DNA from: Mytilus edulis | Taxonomy: Eukaryota | Assembly (NCBI RefSeq): GCF_963676685.1 | Contig: NC_092348.1 | Span: 58,404,001-58,468,000 of the forward strand | DNA: 64,000 nt | Reading direction: 5' to 3' | Shown here: piece after piece, positions 1-12,500 of the stretch | How the letters are laid out: every line of letters starts with the position of its first letter | Position numbering within the stretch: position 1 is the stretch's first letter | Notes under the pieces: generated by a model | The model's input: only the letters and a program-made list of their open reading frames with translations | The model's database searches: none | What the model was told of the DNA's origin: nothing | Translations under genes and position numbers: made by a program

Positions 1-2928
1 CAAACGAATGGATAACAATGACCGCAAAGTGGAAAGGGATTAATATAAGTTGCAAAACTTGTTTCCCAAATCCACTATAAATATAAATATATTTAAACTA
101 ACAATGAAGGGACTTCTGTTTCACAACAATTCAACTGCCTCTAGATCAAGTATTATCAACGATGCATTTAAAAAGTAAAATCACAAGAATACTGAACTTC
201 GAGAAAAATTCAAAAATGAAAGTCCCTTATTAAATGACAAAATCAATTAAAAGCTCAAACACATCAAACAAATGGATAACAATTTAATGCAGTTTAATAA
301 TCAGTGGTGTGTGTTAATGTTTAAGTTTTTGATTACAGTTATTGATAGATGTATCTATTCTAAACTATACTACTTTTAAAATTAACGAACGCATGTTTTT
401 TGTTTCTGGTAAAGATAGACAAATCTAATGTTTTACATGTATTGATGCATTTATATAATAATATACTAGTAAGTGTACGTACTAACTTGCATAAACTTTT
501 TATAATTAAAGGGCCACTAGCTACGAGATATATGAAAGATATAAAACATGTTTTTTTTCCAGTCATAATTGAAAGTTAAAAATAATAATTACCTTTAAAC
601 AGCCAGTATGGTTTTGTCATAATAAGCGACGCAACAACGATGATGAGTTATTCACTTGCAAGTGAATAATTCGACATCATGGAATCATTATACAGGTGAC
701 CTTCAATTTAACCCCGTAAAGGTTAAAAAAAGAAGTGTGCATGAATTATGCGTGTTCAGTTATTAAAAGGAAAAGAATTTCAACATTGAAAGTGAAACAA
801 AGGTAAATAAATTGATTGTCCCATTCGATCCAAAAAACATTCGTTCTTATGGGTGCAATACCACCACTGACTTTCCCCTATAAGTCTTTGTTAAATTTGC
901 ACTTTTCAAAAAAAAATTCAGAATTTATCTTTGTTTCAATTAAAGAAATACTTGGCATCGAGTAAAATCGGTAAACAAGAGTTTGAGTTTGACAGTCAAT
1001 GTTCCTTTAAATATGTCGAGAATATCCCTACGAATTCTCTACTAACATACTTTCCATCATATTTCTTGATATATTTATGCAATCCGAGCTAAATTTTATG
1101 CAATTATGCTGCACTCGAATGAAAACTGCATGATTAGTATAAAATGGTTACTAGCATACAAATTTCGGGAAAAAAGGCATAAACTATCAAATTCAAGACC
1201 ACCGATTCTAGTATGACGGTCTTCTTTGCTTTGGATACAAAGCCATGTTCTAATTCTAATAAAACATGGGATGCACGTGATTGACGTGACAATTGAAATT
1301 GCAACGTCAGCAGAATTTTAAACAACGCCGGAGAACAAAATGGACATTCTAGTTGGTGTTGCTCGATAGGAAATTAAATAAAAACATTCATAAATTAAGT
1401 TAAAATGTTTCTGTTCTTTTTTTTAAATTGTTGATTTTCTATATCGTTTTAGGTTCATCAAATCAACATGGCGACATTTCGAGTGTGTATTATAGGTCCG
1501 CTTCGAGGTACAAAAGTTCATAATATTCCTATTAGAGGTTGCACTTTGTAAATACAGCTATTTCTCAAAACACGCCTCTTTTGGGGAGTAATTGAATATT
1601 CATAGAAAATTAATTTTGTTTACATACTGGTTCCCAGTTATGCTCTCTGTGTTCCATATCGCAGAGACAGAACTTGGGAATGTTACCAGTAAATAAACAC
1701 GTGCATATTGTTTACATTGAAATCTGTGGTTACCTTTCATTCGAGGTAGGGGTAGTTAAGAAAATTAGTGCAAGTTTAAACTCTGAGAAGTTCAGGGCAT
1801 ATAAACGTTGAATATATGCCGCACAGCCCTATATTTTGACCTTTGAAAAAAATTGTGGTGCATATGAACTTTCTATTCTAGGATAAGATTTTTTTCAAAA
1901 CTTCATAGTAAAAGTGGTAGTTTTAGCCGTAAAAGGAGTTCCTATGGGTAATTGCATTGTCAATATTTACAGAAATGCAACCTAGAATCGATAAAATTCT
2001 ATCATGCCATACTCTATGCTCATTAATTTTTATCATAGGTATGCATATATTTGTAAACATTTAATACCTTGCTATCACTTGGTATTAAGATATTGAAAAC
2101 TATAATGCCTACCCATGTTAAAATGAGCATAGAGAATGGCGTGAAAGAATTATTTCTGAATTTAACCTTAATTTTTGGTATTTGACTCCGAACATACTAA
2201 AACTTAAATCCAAACTAGAATTTTTTATAAAAGAATCAATTAACAATATATTGACTCGTTTCATTGTTTGATCATTTCGTGCATATTTTAGACTAGACGC
2301 TAACTAACAACCGTGATAACGTCAGAATACTGGTGATAAATAGACGGACTTTTCGTACGCATCTTGAGTTTTATGTAATTTTTTAAAAAATATAAATCAC
2401 CGGTAAACCAGTATATGATTGATTTTTCGTGGGCCAAATCAGACACGGATATGGTTTTATTCGTGGCTACCTTTTTCATGCACTTTTCAATGTTGGCAAT
2501 CTTTTCTTTTTGTAACTGAATACTTAAAACATGCGTTACCTATCTATTACTTAATTCAAGTTGAGGGTTATAGAACACGCATTCAAATGAGATTAAAGTA
2601 TTGACCAAATTGAACCAGATTGACTGATTAAAATATTGTTTTAATATTCCGCTTTAATTAATGTTTGAAAAAATAATCGTTTTTTATTTGTTTTGTCTAA
2701 ATTTTAGCTACTGTACCTTTCAATTATTAAAAATTTAAAGTATATATCAACTTCAAGAGATGTCTATTTTGGTAAGGGCTCAGTGTTTTGACGTAATTGC
2801 CTCGTTGTAATCAAGTTTACTTCTATTAAACTATTGTTAATGTAAATGGAACTTTTAAAAACTTGCATTTGAAAGCACTGCGTTTAACTATGTATGTATA
2901 TCCTTTCTATCTTTAGGATTGCGATATA

Positions 2929-3559
2929 TTACCTGGATGTCTTTTCATTGGTACCTGGCGAGGAAAGTTTCCGCTTGATATCGGAAACATGTTCAAAAAG
3001 ATTTGGAGGACAACTTGTTTTTCTCCTTCTGGCTTTACTTTTACTTTTCACTATTTCATTTAAATCTTCATCATCATTTGGGTCAACATGTGCACGTCTC
3101 AGTGGCACGTATTCCTGTGCATAATCAAAGTCTTTTTCAAGTCCTTCCTCAAAGCTTCTCGTTTTTACTGACGATTTCCCTATCGACTTAACAGTAGAAT
3201 TTGAATCATTTGAAGATTTTCTCGAGTCTGTTCTACTGAAAAATTTAATTAAATGTAAAGGAAAACTGACTTTTCTTTTCCTCGACTTTCTGGAATCTGT
3301 ATTAGATCTATCTCTCCCTGTAATTGCAACTCGGGCCAAAGTTCGTTTCGTAAGACTAGAATCAGATGACCATGACTTTCGTTTGGTCATTCTAGGAGCT
3401 CTCAAGTTGGAAGGCTTTTTCAAATCTGTATCTTCATCCATATTACTCATTGTCTCAGGGTTAATACCATTTGGTATTGGTTGGTAATCCATGTATTGTT
3501 TTTCTAGTGGCATATTGTATAAATGATCGTGAGAGTTTGTAGAAAAAACCCGTGGTCGT
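2929..3559 (-). CDS. BEST: Bestrophin last identified exon, Ser/Arg/Lys-rich tail
   Basis: Acceptor at 3560-3561, in frame with the 194-aa ORF 2929-3513. Confidence 0.75.
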
Positions 3560-6500
3560 CTACAATTAAAGAAAAGAAAATATATTCTCTGAAATCAACT
3601 ACATTCAGTCTTCTTTTTTTAAAATAAATTTCGTTCTAAGTATGTATTATACATTTCCAACTGTACGTTCAGTAAACAAACAAAATTGCGGTGACCTATA
3701 GTTGTTAATTTCTGTGTCATTTTGGTCTCTTGTGGAGAGTTGTCTCGTTGGCAATCATACCATATCTTCTTTTTTTATATTTGATCGTCTTTAAAGCTGA
3801 GTTTTACTTTGCGTATTGTCGTTTGTTTTATTTATTCTACATTAGTTAGATGTATAGGGGAGGATTGAGATCTCACAAGACATGTTTAACCACGCAGCAT
3901 TTTTTCGCCTGTCAGGTTCTGGCCGTTGTTCATCGTGTATGCTTTTTTTTCTCTTTAAGTTCATTTATTTGTTTTGGAGTTAAGTTTGACGTTCATTTTC
4001 ACTGAACTAGTATACATTTTTGTTTATGGGTCAGCTGGAGACTGCCTTCAACAATGAGGAAACCCCAAGTCTTACTTACGAATACGATGATCTACCGGTA
4101 ACAATGCTAAGTAACGATCCAGCAGCATTACTTCCAAAAGACATGTGTCTATTGGAGTCTTGGTCCATCACATCACCTAACACTATTCTTGATCCGCGAG
4201 TAGACGGGGACCTACATAAATAAAATAACCAATATGCAACAGTGCAAACAAGACAATAACAAAAGAATTTTTGTATTTACATTATATTTGTAAATTTGAT
4301 GCAACTTGTTTCGTTGTATGCATACTAAAATTAATGTGTGTATTTATTATTGTGAAATACTGATTAATGGTAAAAATGCGAGATGTGAAAATCACTTCTG
4401 AAATTATAAATGCGAATGCTATTGTAGCATTTTTCTCAAGAATATAAATATTGCAATAATTCACCAAATTCTGTGAATCAAAATGAAAGAATTTTAACTG
4501 TGCAAAGTAGCTAAGTAGCGAAATATGGCCTTGTGTGCATCAAAGTTCGGGAGGAATATAAAATAAAACATCTAATAAAGGCAACAGTGGTATACTCGTA
4601 AATCCATGGACAAAAAAACCAAAATCGGGGTAACAAACTAAAACCGAGGGAAACGCATTAAATAAGAGGAGAACAACGACACAACACTAAAAAGGTAACA
4701 CACACAGAAACGGACCAAGCATCAGACAAAATCCCACGAGAATAACAAATATAACATCAAAACCAAATACATTGTTTAACATAAAAAGTCTTATAGACAG
4801 TATAATTAAATATATGCCTATAGTAAACAAGCTCATCATATATACAAGGATTAAAATTTGAACGCCAGAATCAAAAAATTAAAAAGACCAAACAAATTAC
4901 AAATTACGAAGTTGAAAGTAATCGATTCCTAGGGTTAAATAATTGGAAAATTATTCCAGTGTGCTCGACACGTATTTGTTGAATATATCATGTAGTGTCA
5001 TAATTACTAATGTTACTACACACGAAATTACAAAATTTTGTGAAAAACTTTATGTTATATTACTCATTAAAAGGAAGAATTTTTTTTCCAGCAACATTTT
5101 ATTCCACATTCTACTAGAGATTATGATCTAATTGTATCGTTTGAATGTACAATTAAAAATTTCACAAGAACCTTTTTTTCAAGAAAAATTTCGATATAGG
5201 AACGTCGCATGAAAAAACCTAGAAATGAATCATTTATTTAAAAATTAAATTAAAACAGACGTGTCTTACGCCAGGTTGTATGTTGAACCAAGATACATTG
5301 GCCTTTTAGAACCAATTGACGCCTCTGTATATGGTACTTCGGTAAACATGTTTTCAAAATGTAAATCTTTAACAAGAGGAGGACATTGGTCACACATTTG
5401 GTCCACTAAAGCCATAACTACCTGTAAAAAGATTCAAAAGTTTGCGTACCATATGTAACAGAAAAAAATATGGAAAAATTAAACAACTACCAATGCAATT
5501 GATAATACCGTGATGATGGGTCTTATCAATTTACAGAACCTGTCTATTAGATTTATTGGTAATTATTCGCTTTCTTCATGAATATACATTAATCGGCGTT
5601 TAGCATGGATCGCACCAAATGTGATGTACTTATTCTGCCCGGTCGTAGTTGTAAAATAAAATAAATTGAGTATTTATACATTCTTAACAACAAAAAGGAC
5701 ACCTCTCTCAAGCAAGTTTAAAATTTTACCATGACGTTGTCAGACTATTTTCAAAAAAAATTTTGAATCTAACTTCCTTGCGTATCTTTTGTTTCTCTTT
5801 CGTAATGGTTTCTTGCTTTTATCAATACGTTGGTATACAATGGTTGTATAACATGCGTGACCGATGAAAAGCAAGTTGTTTATTTGATTTCTGCTCAGCA
5901 TACAAACCATATATTTCATTAAAAATTCAAGAAGATAATGATTACGTGATTAATCCATTATATAACAAAAAAGTGAGTCGACTTGGAGGAGGGTAGTTAT
6001 TTCAACTGTCACTGAAAAATGCAGAGAAAAAAAAATCCATCTAAACATAAAGTAATAATTACACCAACTATGCAATACAAAACGTCCATGTTTCTAAGCA
6101 ATACAAAACGTTAACTCAAAAGTTTACGGACAACTCTGAAAAGCAAAAATTTATTTGTTAGCCCTTAATAACTATAGTTCATAGATGAAATGAGGAATAG
6201 AAAGTAGGATTACATACAGCAGCATGTCTGTCAATCAACCAGTTTATATCAAAATCATCGTCATCTTCTCCAAACGGATTGATTAACTGTTCTGCTACCT
6301 CGAAAGAAAGAAAGAATAATCTACGAATAATACATATTCATTTTCGAGTGATTTTTATACCGAAGTTCGGTGGTTCTCGCCAGGCACTCCGACTTCCACC
6401 ACAAATAAAAACTGACCGTCACGAAATAGCACAAGTGTTGAAAGTGTCATAAAAAAACAATCAATCAATCAACATTATCAAGTGTGGTCAGATCTACTAC

Positions 6501-9500
6501 ACTTAACACTAAGCATGATACGTAATTCCATATTATGATTGGAAGATACATTTATTCTTAAAGATTATTAATTCAGATTGTAGTTTATTTTGAATAGTCT
6601 TATGTTGTGGCATTCCACAATAACTGCAGGAATTCTGATGTTGACCCAGGACATGTTCTTCCGCCTTTCTTCCTCAGACAATTTAAGGCGTCTTAACCTG
6701 AATCCGTGGCAGGTGTATTGATTGATATTTGAGTCGAGCGCTCGAAAAAAGTTTAATCCCTCCAATTTTAATGTGTCTCTACCTGATCATAAGCCTGAAG
6801 CCCATTGTTGTTGTTAGATAATAACAAAACTTCTGTCATATTTATTTTTCGTTTAATGTATATCAGGTCGCTAGAATTTTCTGTTTTGTTATCCGAAGTT
6901 TTTCTTTTTCTACAAGATATGCATTTTGAATTTTTAAAATCTGATTGGTTTCATAACGGAATATCACTTCAAAACAAATGCATAACTTTTTTTTTTATTT
7001 TGATTTCATAACAAGGTTATAGAAGTTGAATGCTTTTTATTTCGTTTATTAGCTTTCCCCCCCCCCCCCCCCCCCCCCCCTTTTTCATAAAAATTTACTG
7101 GTCAACGTTTTGCAAACAATTTAAAAAATCAATTTCAGTCTTTCTGTTAACTCGGCCTACGCATCACGATTCTAATGACGATAAGCAACACGACGAGTGC
7201 CACATGTGGAGCAGGATCTGCTTACCCTTCCGGAGCACCTGAGATCACACCCGGTTTTTGGCGAGGTTCGTGTTGCTTACTTATGTATTATTATTTGTCT
7301 GTTTATCTTTTAAATTTTAAGTATGGCGTTGTCAGTTTATTTTCAATATACGAGTTTGACTATCCCTCTGGTATCTTTCGTCGCTCTTTTGAGGGGGGAA
7401 GGACCTTTTTCGGGACGTCGGGATTGACCCTTTCGGGATCCGGGATTTCTTTTTTCGTATTTCGGGATGTCGGGATTTAATATTTTTCAGGATCAGGACC
7501 CCTCTCTCTCTTTTGTATAGAAATGAGGTTTTTCGAACTATTTGTTTTTAAACTATGAAATCAAGAAATACAAATGCAATTAAGCAATTGTGTACCTTAA
7601 AACTTATTTAATATATATTTGCATCAAAACTTACCTTGAGCCACCCCATATAGAAGAAAAATTGCAGCAATGTGAATATAGGAATATAAAAATCCATTCC
7701 ATATCCTTTGTAGTTCTTCGAAGGATCAAGGAACTGTTGACTTATTAATGTGGTTGCAAAAAATGTATACACGGCTAATGTTACAACCTAAAAGAGAGCA
7801 ATGATAAATACTAATTACTAAACAGCATACCATCGGAAAATTAATTCCAAAAGAAAATAGTTTATAAGTGTTCCATGAATAATACTTTGTACTTGTGTGT
7901 TTAGTTATTCAGTATACCGTTATGTAAGTGATTTCTGTACTAATTTTCCTTATTTTAACTATTCAAAAGATTAAAGTATTGGAATTAGTTATCAAAGGTA
8001 CCAGGATTATAATTTAATACGCCAGATGCGCGTTCGGTTACATAAGACTGATCAGTGACTCTCAGATCAAAATTGTTATAAAGCCAAATATGTACAAAGT
8101 TGAAAAGCATTGAGGACACAAAATTCAAAAACGTAGGTAGTTTCTGTTTTGTGTATGAACTTATTATAAAGGGTTGTTTTAAAGTGATCTTTTTTGTCCA
8201 TATGAAAGGCATCATTTATGAATGTACATGCTCTCCTTAACAACTTTACAACATCGAATATCTTTAAACATTTTATTCAAGACAATTTCCTTTGCTGAAT
8301 ATAAAAATATAAGTCAGAAGCAATATAAGATGGATAGTTCATTTCATACTTTAAAACAAAAGAAAACCCTTGTGAATAATGAAGGTTTTGAATGTCGGAC
8401 TAACGCTACCTGAGTAATATAGTCACCTGGGTGTATACTAAAGGTATTGTTATCCAGTCGTATACAAAACACTTCGAACAAGTATCCCTAATGTCTGCAA
8501 GAGGCTGAAACAGAAGTTTTACCATAAAAACATCTTAGATTACAATGGTAATATATCATTGCACGAGGTAACGAATTTAAGCCCCTACATAGACTGGACA
8601 TAGATATGGCTTCGTATATACACCACCAAACCAACGCCTTTTAATCACGGGTTTACATTCTTTGTCTGGAACAAGAGTTTTGCAAGGGCCCTTGTGTGTC
8701 TGGACAGCGAGGTTTATTCCCACACATTTATTTAATTAAATTCTCCGAATTCGAGTGTATAAATATATATGTAACAGGTATCAATTTTTCTTGAAAAAGT
8801 CTCAAACGAATGCTCCACGGCAAACATGTTTTGATCACACATCGTTGTCATTTTAATGGAATTTGACCCGACTCATATACAAGTGAGAGGTTCAGCACTT
8901 TAAAACCAGGTTTAATCTATCATTTTCTACTTAAGAATACGCCTGTACCAAGTCAGGAATAATGACAATTGTTATCCATTTTTTTTTGTGAGTTTAAGCT
9001 TTTGATTTTGCCATTTGATGAGACTTGCCATTTTAAATTTTCCACTAAGTTCAGTATTTTTGTGATTTTAATTTTTACTTATTTTGATTAACACAACAGC
9101 TAAAGAAACTCTTAATTTTTAAATTGCATTTACAATGTGCAAAATATTTCAACTGTACTTTCACCCCCAATATACAACAGCTAAAGAAACTCTTAATTTT
9201 TAAATTGCATTTACAATATGCAGGCCATGATATTTCAACAAACTTTCGCCCCCAATATTGTTTCAGTCATAATTCTTTCACGATATTATGTAAAAAAGCG
9301 ATAACGACTAGATTTTCAATAACTATTATGTTTATTTCAGTGAGGAACCATGCTTTTAAAAATTATCATACACTCAAATTTATTAAAGCAAACGCGAGTT
9401 ATTGTACAATTTCTATAGGAACGAGTGAATAATGTACCAGTCATAGTGATAACCATAGTATCATTTAATAGCAATTTTTCAGTTTATAAATGCAATTTGT

Positions 9501-12500
9501 AGTTTTCTTTAATTTTATAATTAATGAATCGCGATTGTGTTTTATTAAAGGGACATCACTCTAAACACAGAAACCACACCTAAATGGTCATTAACATGTA
9601 AAAGTCTGTTGATGACCGGTTTTCTTGTCCGTTTTTCTGTTAAGGACCGATGGATTGATTTTACTATAGAATAAAGAATGTCATGTGTTACCTTGTTATC
9701 CAATAAGAGAAGATAATTCTTGACCGATATGAATTAATAGTATTTTGAGTGGTAAGGATTATCATTACTTATATAATATACCTCTATTATCATTCTGAGA
9801 CCCCATTCAGTTTGTATAAGGCCTTCTTTTCTTGCTGTTACAAGTACACTATTAATCCACATGAAGGGAACCCAAAACTTGTTGTATCTGCAATCGATGT
9901 TTTCATACATCATTGCTTCCTCTTTAGTAATGAATCCTAAAGAGGAAGTAAAAGAATACAGATTGTTGAAGTATAAAGGATACTGTTAACCATTTTGGAG
10001 CAATTTAAATCTTCTTTTTTTTCGGTAAATATATATTTTCCATTGTTCTTAGAACTTATTGTTTACCGCTTATTTATTTTACCTCTTTATATTATCTTCT
10101 TTGTCTTCCTTTATCAATACTCACAGGGTTCGTGTTGCTTAGTCTTTCATTAGTTTTCTGTTAAATGAAAACTTTTACCAACATATTTTTTATCAAATAA
10201 AAGTCACCTTTATTTGATAAATGGCTTGAAAGAAACCATAATGTTCAATGAAATAGTCTACCCAACTATATTTGACTGGTATCTATTTGATTGTCCTTTG
10301 CTTATTGTTTAGTGGCAAATATTTCATGGCAACTAAGGCCGAAACAAAAATTCGCGAATGATTTTGCAAAATACTTCACTACAAAATTGATATATAGTTA
10401 TCAAAGGTACCCGGATTATAATTTAGTACGCCAGACGCGCGTTTCGTCTACATATGACATAAGACTTATCAGTGACGCTCATATCAAAATATTTATAAAG
10501 CCAAACAAGTATTAAGTTGAAGAGCATAATAATATGAAAGTATTTAAAAAAAAAAACTGTAAAATGATCAGAGTCTGTTAGCGTATCAATTTGGTAGCAT
10601 GTGCCATTTAACGTGATCTAATATTGGAACCTGCTATACAAAGATCTAAACATTTTCAATTGTCCAGTGCTAATTATGATTAGGAGTTATCTCTCTGTCA
10701 CCACGTGGAGATGCCCAGAAATAACATATTACTCGTTAGTCAATTACAAGATTGTTCAAAAACTATGTTTTATTCATTAACAAACTGATTTATTCATTTA
10801 TGAATGATATTATTGTACTGCACTAATCAATACAACCCCACGTGCACGATTAGAATAATTAAATATATCTTAATGTATTTCACCATGCACGAACTTCACC
10901 CATTCGTCAATATGAATAACAGCCATGTTATATTCCATGTGATTGTGTGAGATGTATAAATACGCAAACACGTCACGTCGATATTAAACATAAATATTCA
11001 ATCAATGTAAAGTACCATCTAAAATATTTTGTCTTTTGGAAGAAAAAAACTATATGGTAGTTTTTAAGACACCTATTTATTACCTGCTTCCACGATGTGA
11101 TCCAATGTAGGAAATCTTTTCATGACAGCTACACTTATTGAACGAGCTATTAGTATAATTCCAAACATCAGATATCTTGCAACTGTTCTTCTGAGTACCC
11201 GCTTCCTGTCTGTTTGTCCGGGAAGATAACAACACAACATGAATACGGTCCTATAATTGTTTTTCAAAAACTGTTACACATAATTCTTGACCACTTAATA
11301 CTAGTAAAGAGTCTTAAAATATCAAATTAGACGAGAATGAACCAAAGCGGTTTTCCGGATTTTCTCTTTCGTAGTAATCAGTTATATGTATATAAAAAAA
11401 GAAGATGTGGTATGATTGCCAATGAGACAGCTCTCCACAAGAGACCAAAATGACACAGCAATTAACAACTATAGGTCACCGTACGGCCTTCAACAATGAG
11501 CAAAGCCCATACCGCATAGTCAGCTATGAAAGACCCCGAAATGACAACGTAAAACAATTCAAACGAGAAAATTAACGGCCTTATTTATTTTTATAAAATG
11601 AACGAAAAACAAATATGTAACACATAAACAAACGACAACCACTGAATTACAGGCTCCTCAGTCCTCAGTGACTTGGGACAGGCACATAAATACATTGTGT
11701 GGCGGGGTTAAACATGTTAGCGGGATCTCAACCCTCCCCTAACCTGAGACAGTGGTATAACAGTACAACATAAGAACGAACTTAAAAATCAGTTGAAAAA
11801 GCTTAACTCATCAGATGGACAAAAATACAAGTGGACGTGGATGGGTACTTGTACATCCCAACAACAAAAAGATACTAGGAACATATTTGAGAGTATTCGC
11901 AGTTAACTGACAGATAGTTAAAGCCACTAACAACTAATTGAAAAAATCATGCATCTAAAACTAAATTATCAATCCGTACACATCCAATAGATTTAGTGTA
12001 AAGACGCCATAAACAGTCAGAGAAAAACATGACTTTGTGCAATGCCAAGATACAGGTATCGACATCTTGTAGATCCATGAATGTGTATATGTTACAGTAT
12101 ATAACATACTAGTAATATTTGGTTTGCATTTAATTTACTGATAACATAATCAATATTTATACCAATAAAAACAATATGCAATGCTTTTATTACAGTGTTA
12201 AATTGGTAAATTTTTGAAATAAGTTAATTTAAAGTTTACCAGGATCATTTTTGAATTTCCGGGCACGGTTAACAACATTTCCGTAGAAATGATGAAGTGC
12301 TATTCCGTTTGAAATAAGTTTTCTACAGGTACAACCAAAATTCTAAACCAAATCTTTATATCTATGAAAAAATTTAGTAAAGGTTTTAAGTGATATATGG
12401 TAACGATATCCCTGGTTTAATAATTTACCAGTAATACATAGATTACGTTCTTTAAAATAAAAAAACGTCACAACATACACGGGCATAGCGAACGAGCTAT

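Noticed and set aside
640-680. 22-bp perfect palindrome TTATTCACTTGCAAGTGAATAA
   Set aside because: Probably part of an unclassified repeat; no supporting context
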